The notes under the pieces are model-generated. The model was not told the DNA's origin. It saw only the letters and a list, made by a program, of their open reading frames with translations, and did not search any database. A stretch of 64,000 bases of DNA from contig CAYOYV010000002.1 in assembly GCA_964408285.1 (NCBI GenBank), positions 1-64,000 on the forward strand, given 5' to 3'. This DNA is from an uncultured Nitrososphaerota archaeon (GTDB lineage: Archaea > Thermoproteota > EX4484-205 > JAAOZO01). Each line of letters opens with the position of its first letter. Position 1 is the stretch's first letter. Made by a program: the position numbers and the translations under genes. Of this stretch, positions 47,612-58,170 are shown in pieces.

Positions 47612-48289
47612 ATGTTTGGCCCAACGCATGCGCTCCTGGGATATCTTGTTGCCTATTTCGCTGTGAGGAATTCCAAATCAATTGATTTCAGAGATGGTGT
47701 CTTTGCTTTGGCTTGTGGAATCGCACCGGACATTGATTTCCTATCTCCTCTTCCTTTCGGAACTCCCTTTGGTCATCACGGTCTGGCTCATTCGCCTCTA
47801 CTATTACTCACGATCTCGAGTCCGTTTCTCGTGAAACGCAGATCAAACGCATTACCATATTTTTTGGCTTTGGTGTCGCACGTGGTGTCCGATTTCGTTG
47901 ACAACACAATCCCACTGTTCGGTCCCCTCTCCTGGGGAGAATTCGGTCTTCGCCTTTCTTATCAGGAGCAATTGGTGCCATTGGCTCTCTCCATAGAGCT
48001 GATCATCTGTTTTGCTTTCATATGTCTCGTTATCAGAAGGCCTAACGATCTTCCGATATCAATTCCAGAAAAATATGACAAGCTTGCCACATCTTCGTTG
48101 ATGATGATGCTTCTTGCTGGTCCCATAGTATCTTGGTACCTTGCCTCTTCATTCCAGATTTCTGTTACTCTCCCTCAGGCCTTTGTCTGGGCCTCGTCAT
48201 CGGTACTTGTTCTGTATTCTATAGCCTGTAACAGCTATCTTATCTTGGGAGCGATTTCGTCAGGAGTCAAAGAAAGAAAGCGGTCCTGA
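47612..48289 (+). CDS. YdjM-like metal-dependent membrane hydrolase
   Basis: THAL, APDID, HHGLAHS, SHVVSD motifs. Confidence 0.82.
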   Translation: MFGPTHALLGYLVAYFAVRNSKSIDFRDGVFALACGIAPDIDFLSPLPFGTPFGHHGLAHSPLLLLTISSPFLVKRRSNALPYFLALVSHVVSDFVDNTIPLFGPLSWGEFGLRLSYQEQLVPLALSIELIICFAFICLVIRRPNDLPISIPEKYDKLATSSLMMMLLAGPIVSWYLASSFQISVTLPQAFVWASSSVLVLYSIACNSYLILGAISSGVKERKRS

Positions 48290-48378
48290 GGAAGGAAATC
48301 CGCATGATTGGGACAAGCGTCGATTGACCATCGAGAGGAAAAGCATTCATATTCTCTTGATTGGTGTGGATTCGCCAT

Positions 48379-49674
48379 ATGAAACGGAAAGTAATCCTGA
48401 TCATAATCGATGGCTGCAGACAGGACTACCTCCAGATGGGAGGCATTGATACAATCAGGCAACTCATGGATGAGGGAGCGTGTGCGCAGGATTGCAGGAC
48501 GGTTTTCCCTTCCATGACGCATCCAGCACATACCAGCATCGTGACCGGGCTCTACCCCTCTGGCCATGGCATTCTAGCGCATCATTACTTTGATAGGCGA
48601 TGTGGAAGATTGAGGGATTTCCTTTCATATAACAAATTCAGCGGGAATTCAATAGCGGAATTAGTCAAGTCAGCTGGAGGAAGGGTTGTTTCGATCGACG
48701 AATTCACAGCCCTTGGACGAGGATCGGATCTTTACGTGAACGTGCCATCCCATGACCCTCAGGAAGTTGCCTATTGGGCAGTTGATGCGATTTCGAGAAA
48801 AAGCCCTGACTTGTTGATCATGACGTTCTTCGACTCCGACAACATCGGAACGCGATACGGACCGCAGAGCGCCGAAGTGAAGACTTGCATGAGAAACATA
48901 GACGATCACATTGGCACCATACTCGGAAAGGCCAAGCAGTGCTACAAAGACGACGAATTGCTTGTTGTGTTGACCTCAGATCACGGAATGGCAAGCACCG
49001 GAAAATGTATACTCCCTGATGTTAGGAAGATGGCGCAGGCATCCTTGGGAGATTCTACAATCCTTGCCGAAGGACTCTATGCCCAGGTCTATTTCGATGA
49101 GATTCAAGCAAGACATATCGCCGAATTTGCCGAGATCCCTGGAGTAGATGTGATGCTGGAGGACAGAGAACTGCTGGCGTTGAACTGCCTAAATGAGAGT
49201 ATCGGTGATCTCGTTGTCTCATGCAAGGAGGGATACAACTTGATAGAGCAGGATGGCGGGGGACCTCAGGGCCTGCATGGCAGCCTAGTTGACGAGTGCA
49301 TGAGGGTTCCCCTCGTTCTATGGGGGGCCGGAGTGGTTCCTGGGAGGATGACCTTTTGCGAGGTGGTTGACATTGCCCCCACCATAGCACATTTCATGGG
49401 CATCAAATACCCACATTTCGATGGCAGATGGTTGGCCGAGTGCTTCACCGAATCACTCAAGATCACAACCGATAAGGTAACCGGAGCAGTCCGGGAGCTT
49501 CGGCTAGAGTACAGAACCAGAATTCAGATTATTCGGGAAATGATGGATGTCAGAAAAGCCGAGGCTGAAGGTAGGCTGAGCGAGAAAGAATGCTCAAGCA
49601 TCATTGGCGAATCAAAACAATCGCTACTGAAAGCCGTGTCAGAATACGAAAGGATAAAGAAACCATTGAAATGA
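48379..49674 (+). CDS. Alkaline phosphatase superfamily, nucleotide pyrophosphatase/phosphodiesterase-like
   Basis: IIDGCR, FPSMTHPAH..TGLYP..HGI, TSDHG, GLHG, DIAPTI. Confidence 0.85.
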   Translation: MKRKVILIIIDGCRQDYLQMGGIDTIRQLMDEGACAQDCRTVFPSMTHPAHTSIVTGLYPSGHGILAHHYFDRRCGRLRDFLSYNKFSGNSIAELVKSAGGRVVSIDEFTALGRGSDLYVNVPSHDPQEVAYWAVDAISRKSPDLLIMTFFDSDNIGTRYGPQSAEVKTCMRNIDDHIGTILGKAKQCYKDDELLVVLTSDHGMASTGKCILPDVRKMAQASLGDSTILAEGLYAQVYFDEIQARHIAEFAEIPGVDVMLEDRELLALNCLNESIGDLVVSCKEGYNLIEQDGGGPQGLHGSLVDECMRVPLVLWGAGVVPGRMTFCEVVDIAPTIAHFMGIKYPHFDGRWLAECFTESLKITTDKVTGAVRELRLEYRTRIQIIREMMDVRKAEAEGRLSEKECSSIIGESKQSLLKAVSEYERIKKPLK

Positions 49675-49755
49675 AAACCGACCTTCGGTCTGTCTTTGAA
49701 GCGGCTTGAGACGCTCAGATTTAAATCCAGTTGGCTGGTTCAATGAACCATACTG

Positions 49756-51378
49756 ATGTCAGAAAGCGCTTGGTGGAAGGAAGGAGGGAGGTTGATTTTT
49801 GCCATCGTCATTTTGGTCATATTAGCATCCATAGTGGCAACGGCATACACGATCTTTTCACCGTTTACCCAGCCCATCATAGCCACGGTTAGTATAGATT
49901 ACTACATAGAGAGTGCCAGCGCCAGGAACTATGTCATGAACATGATTGACTATGCAATGAAAAACGACTCGATAAAAGCAGTTGTTGTAAAACTGGATTG
50001 CCCCGGCGGCTGGGCTGACGCAGTCGAGGAGATATATCTGGGGCTAGTCAGATTGAAAAGCAAGAAACCTGTCGTGGCCTCTGTAATAGGCTACGCGCTT
50101 TCTGGGGGATACTACATCGCCGTGTCATCCAACTACATATACGCAGTTCCAACTTCGTTCGTCGGAAACATAGGCGTTATAGGATTCGCACCCTCAAAGG
50201 GATACCCAAGCGAGCAAATCGTTGAGACTGGTCCAAATAAGGTCAGAGGTTTCTCCGAGAGAGGCTTCATATATATGCTTCAGGGCGCTCTGGAGAATTT
50301 CGTGGGCGCGGTAGTTGCTCAGAGGGGAGCCAAGCTTCTTGTGAACAAGACAGAACTATGCACAGGATCGATATATCTTGGCAGCCTAGCTGTTCGCAAC
50401 GGGATGGTTGATTCAGTGGGTTCATCGGAACATGCGATCGAGAAGGCCGCTTCTCTCGCCGGGATAACGCAATATGAGTTGGTTGACCTGAACAAAATAA
50501 CACAGGCGCCATCAGGTCTCATGACAATGAGCGGCAATGAATCAAAGGCAAGTGAGTTCAGCATCTCAAAACTCAGGGAACTGAGGCCGGCCCCAATATT
50601 CTATTACGTTTACCTGCCCCCGCAGTTGGGTAACATTTCAGGAGCGGAACTACTGAGGACTTGGGAGGCTGGAACGGAGACACCGACAGCGCCAATGACA
50701 GATGCTGGAGGGAAGAAAGTCGTCCTTATCGATCTCTCTCACCAGAACGCGTTCCTTAGGGACGAGCTTGTCATGCTGGTGTCGGAGATCGTGTCTAGGG
50801 ATGCCGTTGTTAGATATCTCAGCTCATCTATGGACTTCAGGTTCGCTTTGCAGGAGGCCACTTCGCTTCTGATAATCTCTCCGACTCGCGAATTCTCCAA
50901 CGATGAATTGACCGCTATCAGGGACTTCGTGAAGAAAGGAAAAAGACTGCTTATCATGAATGAGCCAACAAGGGCATTTCCTACCGCTGCAAACGGGTTA
51001 TCTGGCGATTTCGGCATAACATTCGGGAACGACTATCTCTACAGCTTGAATGAGTACGACGGGATATACAGGAATATATACGTGACTCATTTCGGGGCCT
51101 CAGAGCTCACTGATGGCCTGAATAAGATTGTCCTGTATACCGCTTCGAGCGTTTACTCAAAAACTGGCAGAATCGCGTTCACAGACAATGAAACGTTCTC
51201 CTCAGAAGCCGAGAAGCCAAGCGAATACGCGATCATGGTGTTCAAGGAGGGTGAAGGGATCGCTGCAATAGGGGATATGACCTTCCTTACGGAGCCTTAT
51301 TGCTACGTAGAGGATAATTACAGGCTACTGACCAACGTTGCCGCATTCCTGACGGGTCGTGGCGGATCCCCAGGATGA
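49756..51378 (+). CDS. S49 (SppA-like) peptidase fused to C-terminal DUF4350/GIFT-like domain
   Basis: TM anchor; DCPGG, ALSGGYYIA, VGNIGV, GPNK; then VLIDLSHQN..LLIISPTREFS..FVKKG. Confidence 0.85.
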   Translation: MSESAWWKEGGRLIFAIVILVILASIVATAYTIFSPFTQPIIATVSIDYYIESASARNYVMNMIDYAMKNDSIKAVVVKLDCPGGWADAVEEIYLGLVRLKSKKPVVASVIGYALSGGYYIAVSSNYIYAVPTSFVGNIGVIGFAPSKGYPSEQIVETGPNKVRGFSERGFIYMLQGALENFVGAVVAQRGAKLLVNKTELCTGSIYLGSLAVRNGMVDSVGSSEHAIEKAASLAGITQYELVDLNKITQAPSGLMTMSGNESKASEFSISKLRELRPAPIFYYVYLPPQLGNISGAELLRTWEAGTETPTAPMTDAGGKKVVLIDLSHQNAFLRDELVMLVSEIVSRDAVVRYLSSSMDFRFALQEATSLLIISPTREFSNDELTAIRDFVKKGKRLLIMNEPTRAFPTAANGLSGDFGITFGNDYLYSLNEYDGIYRNIYVTHFGASELTDGLNKIVLYTASSVYSKTGRIAFTDNETFSSEAEKPSEYAIMVFKEGEGIAAIGDMTFLTEPYCYVEDNYRLLTNVAAFLTGRGGSPG

Positions 51379-51631
51379 TGCCAACCAGAACGAGATAGGC
51401 ACCTTCTATGACGGAACTGCTTCTCGGAGGGGTGCATCATGACGAAACAAAGCGAGAGCACATATTGGTCACATGACTTGTTCCTAGAAGAATCTAAACA
51501 AGATCCGTAGCAACAAGCATGAGATTGGTCTCTGGAATTCCGAGATTGAATTACTCTCATCCTAGCGTTGTCTGAGAGTGAGCAGTCACTAACTAAATTT
51601 ATCTAGAGGTAGTATCAATCAAGGGAGCAAT

Positions 51632-52435
51632 ATGTGCAGGATGTTAGGTCTCTTGTCGACTAGGCCGGTTCCGGCCTCGAAGTACCTGAGGGATGCTGAC
51701 TGTTCACTGTACAGACTCGCCGTACTAGGGCAACAAGGGGACGGATGGGGCATCGGCCACTATGTGAACGGAAAGCTAAGCATCTTCAAGAGTGAGAAAC
51801 CAGTCTATGAGGAGGAGCCACTCTTCCGAGACATGATTGACCAGATCAAATCCGTGGCCATCGTGGCTCATGTCAGAAAGGCGAGTAATCCTAGGAACTT
51901 ACCGAGGACTTCGTTAATCTCAAAGGAGAATTCCCAACCCTTCTATCACATGGATATTGTATTTGTCCACAACGGTACACTTTTCATTCCAGATCAAGTG
52001 ATGAATGAACTTGGCGAGTATAGGGGTCTTGTGCAAGGCGCCAACGACAGTGAGGTGCTTTTCGCGTATCTTCTTCTTAATCTGAAGAAGGAAGAAACAT
52101 TCGAGGAAGCCCTTAAGGGCCTAGAGAAGGGTTTGAGAGATATAAAGGAAAGAAGTGGATATCAGAGACAGCATCCGTATAGCAGTCTTAACCTCATATT
52201 CAGCGACGGCAGAGAGCTCCATGCGTACGAGAAATATCTCATAGAACCGGGAATCACCTCGTACTGCAGTCCAGCACCCTATTTCCAGATGCACTATTTT
52301 GCGGAGGACAACGGGATCGTTGTAGCTTCTGAGAAAATGAGTTCCACAAACTGGAAACCTCTAGGGAACGGGGAACTGCTAAGTGCAAGGGCAATTGATG
52401 ACAAGGTCGTATATGACATTCGCAGAATAAGCTGA
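51632..52435 (+). CDS. Class II glutamine amidotransferase (YafJ/EgtC-like)
   Basis: N-terminal MCRM nucleophile Cys, DGWG, AHVRKAS, FVHNG, DSE, VASE. Confidence 0.9.
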   Translation: MCRMLGLLSTRPVPASKYLRDADCSLYRLAVLGQQGDGWGIGHYVNGKLSIFKSEKPVYEEEPLFRDMIDQIKSVAIVAHVRKASNPRNLPRTSLISKENSQPFYHMDIVFVHNGTLFIPDQVMNELGEYRGLVQGANDSEVLFAYLLLNLKKEETFEEALKGLEKGLRDIKERSGYQRQHPYSSLNLIFSDGRELHAYEKYLIEPGITSYCSPAPYFQMHYFAEDNGIVVASEKMSSTNWKPLGNGELLSARAIDDKVVYDIRRIS

Positions 52436-52527
52436 ATCTGAACAGTCCGAGGATGAAACGCGCTCTGATCTAGCACTTGTTATCCATGTACAGCTATAGA
52501 GCTTAAATCGCTCTGGACTTCCCCAAG

Positions 52528-52638
52528 CCATGGGATGCACGAAAATTCGTGAATGAAATCGAAGAAAGATTGAAGGTTCCAGTCACATTAATATCAACTG
52601 GACCAGAGATGGAAAGCACTATAGATAGAAGGGCCTAG
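52528..52638 (+). pseudogene. purA: C-terminal remnant of adenylosuccinate synthetase
   Basis: Translates [36 protein letters not shown]; in-frame TAA at 52504 and no start codon before the homologous part. Confidence 0.7.
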
Positions 52639-52812
52639 TCGAGACCCCACAGTTCGGCGAGAAAGCCAGTAGAAGATGGTGTTCGTGCTTGATTCATCAC
52701 CCATGGCGAATCTGTGCGATACAACGAATAGTGAAGCAATATCACAGGCGGCATTTTGATGATGTAGGTTAGGCAATATCTATATTAATTCAAGACACCT
52801 GCCCTTTCAAAC

Positions 52813-54099
52813 ATGCTCGACATCAAGCTGATCAGGGAAAGTCCTGATAGGGTTAGAGAGAACCTCTCTCGGAGAAACGACAGTACTATCTTGGATTTGC
52901 TTGACAGGGTCATCGTGGCAGACAAGAAATGGCGCCAATTGCAGACCGATTTGAATACGTTGAGGCATGATAGGAACGAGATTTCATTGAAGATATCCGA
53001 TCTGAAGAAGCATGGAAAGGACGCTTCGAGTGAGCTACTCGAGGCAGAGAGAATCTCAAAGACGATATCGGGTCTGGAAGGCGAGTCTGACGAATTATCG
53101 GGGTCAATTCACTATTGCTTGATGAGGCTCCCGAATCTTCTGGACGAGGGCGTTCCATATGGGAAGGACGAGACGCAGAATGTCGTGATCAGGGCCTGGG
53201 GGAGGCCCCCGAAGTTTGATTTCGCCCCCAAAGACCATCTTTCAATATTGCTTGATCTAGGATTAATAGACGTAGAGAGGGGTGCGAAAACAGCCGGCGA
53301 GAGATTCTACTATTTGAAGAAGGATCTTGTCCTTTTGGATTATGCGATATTGGACTTTGGATTGAGGTTCATGATAGACAAGGGCCACATACCAATAGAG
53401 CCGCCCTACATGATGAACAGAAAGGCCTACGAAGGCGCAACAGATTTGGCCGATTTCGAGAATGTGATGTACAAAATAGACGGAGAGGATCTATACATGA
53501 TAGCTACAAGCGAGCATCCGATGTTGGCGATGTTCATGGATGAGGTGCTTCTGAAGGATGCCCTTCCGATGAGATTCGTCGGAATCAGTCCTTGTTTCAG
53601 AAAGGAAGTGGGAGCGCATGGGAAATACACAAAGGGACTTTTCAGGATGCATCAGTTTCATAAGGTGGAGCAATTCATATTTTGCGTCCCCGAGGAGTCT
53701 AGAAGATTCCATGAGGAGTTGCAGCAGAATAGTGAGCAGATGTATCAGAAACTCGGCATCCACTACAGGGTCTCATTGGCTTGCACTGGGGACATAGGAA
53801 CAATCGCTTCAAAGAGGTATGATGTCGAGATGTGGATGGCTGATGGCAATTATAGGGAGATAGGGTCGAACTCTAACTGCACTGACTATCAGGCCAGAAG
53901 GTCAAACATAAAATATAGGGAGAAGGAAGGGCAACCTCCTGTCGGATTTGTGCACACCTTGAATAATACGGCGCTTGCGACCAGCAGGACACTCATCGCG
54001 ATGCTGGAACAAAATCAGAATGCTGATGGTTCAGTGACCATACCAGAGCCCTTGAGGGATTACATGGGAAAGGATAAGCTCGCTAGATCAGAAAAATAA
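52813..54099 (+). CDS. serS: Seryl-tRNA synthetase
   Basis: MLDIKLIRE, ATSEHP, FRKEVGAHG..GLFRMHQF, SNCTDYQARR, HTLNNT. Confidence 0.97.
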   Translation: MLDIKLIRESPDRVRENLSRRNDSTILDLLDRVIVADKKWRQLQTDLNTLRHDRNEISLKISDLKKHGKDASSELLEAERISKTISGLEGESDELSGSIHYCLMRLPNLLDEGVPYGKDETQNVVIRAWGRPPKFDFAPKDHLSILLDLGLIDVERGAKTAGERFYYLKKDLVLLDYAILDFGLRFMIDKGHIPIEPPYMMNRKAYEGATDLADFENVMYKIDGEDLYMIATSEHPMLAMFMDEVLLKDALPMRFVGISPCFRKEVGAHGKYTKGLFRMHQFHKVEQFIFCVPEESRRFHEELQQNSEQMYQKLGIHYRVSLACTGDIGTIASKRYDVEMWMADGNYREIGSNSNCTDYQARRSNIKYREKEGQPPVGFVHTLNNTALATSRTLIAMLEQNQNADGSVTIPEPLRDYMGKDKLARSEK

Positions 54100-54138
54100 G
54101 GCGGCAGTCGAATCAGCGCTATAGTCAGATGGCCTAGT

Positions 54139-55155
54139 TCATTCCAGTGAGATTGGATGACCTGACTCGGCAGATTTTATTATCGAACTGATGACCTTGG
54201 TTACTGCAAGACCATCTTCTCCGAGCACAGGAGGTTCAACGCCTTCCGCAACAGATCGAACAAAGCTTTGAAGACCCTCTCGAACAAAGCCACTTACACC
54301 TTCATCAGGAAGGACATAGACATCCGGGAATTCTGCTTTGCCCTCGCCAATAATCTTGAGACTCCCATGGTGGGATCTATCAATCCTTATGGCCGCTCTT
54401 TCCCCAAATACGTCCATCTTGAAATCGACAACAAACGGTTCCCCCCTCGGTAAGATCCAACTATTTTCCATGACTGCAACACCTCCTCCTCGGAACTCTA
54501 TGAGGCTTTCATAGAAGTCCTGGACCGGGATGCCCATTGATTCCAATACGGTTGATCTTGAAACTCCAAACACCTTCTTGGCCTCATCGTTGAAGAACCA
54601 CCTTAGCAGATCAAAGACATGGCTACCGAGGAACCAGAGGACACTTGTCTGCCTCGACCATTTTATCATCTCCGTTGGAACAAAAATCGTGTCGCTTAGT
54701 CTTGCATATGCATGTATGAGCTTCCCCGTTTTCCCTTCCTCTATCGTTTTCCTAGCCAATCTGAAGGGGGGACTCCACCTATTGCTGAAATTCAACATTA
54801 GCTTGACTCCATGTTTTCTTGCCTCGCTCACAATTCGCTCGGCTTCTGATACCTCAGTTGCAAGGGGTTTCTCCACCAACAGGTGTTTTCCATTCTCAAT
54901 TGCTGAAATAGATGGTTCGAAATGCAGATGATCCGGCGTACAAACTGAAACCAGTTCTATCTCTGGATCTGCAGCAAGGTCGTGATAGTCTCCGTAAGTC
55001 TTTGGAACGTGATATTCTTCAGCAATCTTTTTGGCTCTTTCGACGTTACGATCAGAGACCGCAACTAGATCAGCGTTCGTAATGCTCCTGAAGCATTTTA
55101 CCTGATGTTCTCCTTGGATGCCAACCCCGATCACGCCGATGTTGACCTTCTTCAT
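54139..55155 (-). CDS. Gfo/Idh/MocA family oxidoreductase
   Basis: IGVIGVGIQG, TPDHLH, VEKPL, FLGSH; ORF track start 55206. Confidence 0.9.
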   Translation of the reverse strand: MKKVNIGVIGVGIQGEHQVKCFRSITNADLVAVSDRNVERAKKIAEEYHVPKTYGDYHDLAADPEIELVSVCTPDHLHFEPSISAIENGKHLLVEKPLATEVSEAERIVSEARKHGVKLMLNFSNRWSPPFRLARKTIEEGKTGKLIHAYARLSDTIFVPTEMIKWSRQTSVLWFLGSHVFDLLRWFFNDEAKKVFGVSRSTVLESMGIPVQDFYESLIEFRGGGVAVMENSWILPRGEPFVVDFKMDVFGERAAIRIDRSHHGSLKIIGEGKAEFPDVYVLPDEGVSGFVREGLQSFVRSVAEGVEPPVLGEDGLAVTKVISSIIKSAESGHPISLE

Positions 55156-55284
55156 GTAGCAAGCGCCGGCCTCGAAAATTATAAGTCTGAGCTGGCAGGC
55201 ATCCAACGAAACCGAATTCGACTATACTTCTGGTGCGCAGTCCCATAACTCTAATTAGGGGTCTGCTGCCACTTCAATACAGGG

Positions 55285-56421
55285 TTGAACTCTCGGGAAA
55301 GGGTCGTGCGAGCACTCGATCTGGGGGAAGCTGACAGGGTGCCGCTTTTCGAGATGCATATACCACCGAAGATATCCTCGAGGATCCTAGGCAGAGACGA
55401 AGTATTTGTCGGGAATACAGATCTTGTGCATGACCTGATTGCCAGAGGATACGACATCGATAGGTTGAATGAGAAGATATCCGATGAACTGGTTGAGGTC
55501 CACGCAAGGGCAGGACTTGATTGCATTAGGGTTCCGGGGGCATATGGGAAAGTAGGGGAGATCCGCAGAGAAGGAGACGGTATCTGGGTGATAGATGGAA
55601 AGCATTACAGATATTCAGCTGACTCGCTTTGGGACCTAGATGAGCCCAAGAGCTATGATCCTGATGAAGTGTTAAGTGAAAGTCACGAAATGGCAAACAG
55701 CCACTTCACAGATGGAGCGATATTCTCCATTCTCGAGAGAATCGCGAAAGAAGTAAAGGGATCTTCGTTCCTTTCTTTTGACGCCGACGGGTCTTGGGGG
55801 CCGATTGTCTCGAAACCATATCTTCTGCTGAGTGTCATGGGTTGGGTATATACTAGGCCAGATGTCGTGGAAGCCCTTATTGATGTTTTCACTCGGCAAG
55901 CCATAGAAAGAGGAAGGACGGCCATAGATCTCGGAGCCGATGCCATATTGATGTGCGTGGATTACGGTCATAGCAGTGGTCCATGGATTTCTCCCGAGAT
56001 GTTCAGAAGATTCGTTAAGCCTGCCCTGATCAGACAGGTCAACGCGTTCAATGATAAGGGAGCCTACGCAGTTCTTCACTCAGATGGCAACATCGCAAAG
56101 ATTCTGCCAGATGTGGTAGACGCAGGAATAGATGCCTATCAGGGTATAGACGTGATGGCTGGAATGGATCTGAAGACAGTGAAGGAGCAATATGGAAAGA
56201 GGACATGTCTCATAGGTAACGTCAATCCAAGCATAATCGAGTTCGGAACCAAGGAACAAGTATGTTTGGAGGTATCAAGGTGCATTCGGGACGGAGCTCG
56301 AGAGGGCGGTTTCATTCTTTCTGCTTCTGCGAATGTCTCGATCAATACGAACTTCGAGAACTTCAAGCTTATGTTGGACTATGCCAAGAAGATAGGAAGA
56401 TACCCCTTGTCTCTCAGTTGA
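55285..56421 (+). CDS. Uroporphyrinogen decarboxylase / MtaA-CmuA superfamily protein
   Basis: MNSRERV..EADRVP, DYG..GPWISPEMF, LHSDG, LIGNV, GGFILS. Confidence 0.85.
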   Translation: MNSRERVVRALDLGEADRVPLFEMHIPPKISSRILGRDEVFVGNTDLVHDLIARGYDIDRLNEKISDELVEVHARAGLDCIRVPGAYGKVGEIRREGDGIWVIDGKHYRYSADSLWDLDEPKSYDPDEVLSESHEMANSHFTDGAIFSILERIAKEVKGSSFLSFDADGSWGPIVSKPYLLLSVMGWVYTRPDVVEALIDVFTRQAIERGRTAIDLGADAILMCVDYGHSSGPWISPEMFRRFVKPALIRQVNAFNDKGAYAVLHSDGNIAKILPDVVDAGIDAYQGIDVMAGMDLKTVKEQYGKRTCLIGNVNPSIIEFGTKEQVCLEVSRCIRDGAREGGFILSASANVSINTNFENFKLMLDYAKKIGRYPLSLS

Positions 56422-56558
56422 TGGTGCGATTCCATGTTCTCCATTGGTTTGTCAAACGCCGGGGATCGAAAGTCCAGTATCGATCGTAGAGAGAATCAAT
56501 TTTAGATCCGGAATAACCTTGAAGAATCCTTTAATCCAACCGAAATTGCTCACTACAT

Positions 56559-57458
56559 GTGAAGGTACTAGTAACTGGAGCCAACGGCTTCGTGGGAAGG
56601 AACATAGTTCCTTACCTCAGGAAAATGGGCCATGTAATCCTCACCACTGATCTTGATTCAGGGGGAGCTAGAGGTGACATAACCGATAAGGGCTTCGTTC
56701 TTCAGACCCTGATGAGACATGATTTCGATTCCATAGTCCACCTTTCAGCTGTAGCAGACGTTAGGAGATGTATAGAGGATGCCCATAGATGTTATGAGGT
56801 CAACTCATTTGGAACTCTGAATCTCTTGGAATTGGCAATCAGAAAGCGAGTCAGGAGGTTTATCTATAGCTCGAGCGCCAATGTCTATGGCGTGCCTCTG
56901 GAACTCCCGGTGCACGAGACAACTCCATTCAACCCAAGAACCCCCTATGATGATTCCAAAGTCATAAGCGAGAATCTCATCAGAAGCTACGGCAAGCACA
57001 AGGGTTTGCGATTCGTGATATTGAGGTCGTGGAAGCTGTTTGGTGAGTATGACATCCCAACCACTGCAGTCAGCAGATTCATTCTTGCCTGTCTCAGAGG
57101 TAATCGGATCGAATTGTACAACGGGGGAAAAGATACTACCGATCCATACCACATTGAGAATTATTGCATGGCAATTCAATTGTGTCTAGAGAAGGATGAA
57201 GCAGTGGGTCAAGCATTCAATGTTGGAACGGGAAACGAGGTATCTATAAGACAACTCGCGGAGCTCATAAAAAGTCTAACGAAATCCGGTTCAGAAGTCG
57301 TTGACCTGCCGCCAAGGAGCGTTGCTGAGTCACAGCCAATGAGGAGCTATCCCTCGATAGACAAGATCAGGAAGACTCTTGGCTATAAACCAATGATAGG
57401 TATTGAGGAAGGCCTCAGGAGAACCATCAGATATCACATTGACCATCCCAACTCATAA
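56559..57458 (+). CDS. NAD-dependent epimerase/dehydratase (extended SDR)
   Basis: TGANGFVG, SSSANVYG, YDDSK, FNVGTG. Confidence 0.9.
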   Translation: MKVLVTGANGFVGRNIVPYLRKMGHVILTTDLDSGGARGDITDKGFVLQTLMRHDFDSIVHLSAVADVRRCIEDAHRCYEVNSFGTLNLLELAIRKRVRRFIYSSSANVYGVPLELPVHETTPFNPRTPYDDSKVISENLIRSYGKHKGLRFVILRSWKLFGEYDIPTTAVSRFILACLRGNRIELYNGGKDTTDPYHIENYCMAIQLCLEKDEAVGQAFNVGTGNEVSIRQLAELIKSLTKSGSEVVDLPPRSVAESQPMRSYPSIDKIRKTLGYKPMIGIEEGLRRTIRYHIDHPNS

Positions 57459-57486
57459 GCATCGAATCCCCTGGGGCGTCCGTGGC

Positions 57487-58170
57487 TCATGCCAAGAGGA
57501 CAGCCATGATTCCGCTCAGGAATACACCGTCGAATGTTCCAGCTCCACCTATGCTCGCCATCCTTGCACCAATGCTGGGTATGGCAGGCAAATTGGTCAG
57601 ATCAGCTCCTATCAGCGTGCCTAGAACGCCCGATACGTAGGCTATTGCATAGGGTGCGTTTGAAGGAATAAGGATGGCCGTAAGAGCTGCGACAATCGGA
57701 GGCACAAAAGCAGGCGTAACTATCCCGACGCCACGCGTTGGCCTAGCAACCAAGTGGGCCACGATAGCAACGATGAATATTCCAAGAACGGCCTGAGGCA
57801 AAATGGAGATGTAACTGTATAGGACATAGAATGACAGGAGCGAGGGAACCAGAGCTCCTCCTACGTTTATGGCAATTATCGTGGTTTGGACTTTAGTTGT
57901 GGTGCGCGGAACCCTGTAAAGTACGCCAAAAACCTTCACGTATTCATCAACGACATCATAATGCTCAGCCGGAATCCGTGCTATAGGTATGTTGACATAG
58001 CTTCCCAAGAGACTGGATCCTATTATCAGGATAGCGCTCAGAGGACTCAGCCCGATTTCTCTAAGGGCGGCTCCAACGAAACCAAGAAGAAGAAAAACAA
58101 GAGCTATTGTTGCGATGACCCCAAGCAGGAAGAGGAAGGAAGGATGGACTGGCGAATGCAGGGATTTCAT
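57487..58170 (-). CDS. DUF1614 family membrane protein
   Basis: GSYVNIP, AINVGGA, GTLIGADL, SIGGAGTFDG. Confidence 0.9.
   Translation of the reverse strand: MKSLHSPVHPSFLFLLGVIATIALVFLLLGFVGAALREIGLSPLSAILIIGSSLLGSYVNIPIARIPAEHYDVVDEYVKVFGVLYRVPRTTTKVQTTIIAINVGGALVPSLLSFYVLYSYISILPQAVLGIFIVAIVAHLVARPTRGVGIVTPAFVPPIVAALTAILIPSNAPYAIAYVSGVLGTLIGADLTNLPAIPSIGARMASIGGAGTFDGVFLSGIMAVLLA

Noticed and set aside
51439-51510. 23-codon ORF (MTKQSESTYWSHDLFLEESKQDP) after GGAGGGGTG
   Set aside because: Too short with no recognisable motif; cannot be supported without conservation or ribosome profiling.
52674-52700. GATGGTGTTCG resembling the fluoride riboswitch 5' part
   Set aside because: No closing stem or downstream consensus.
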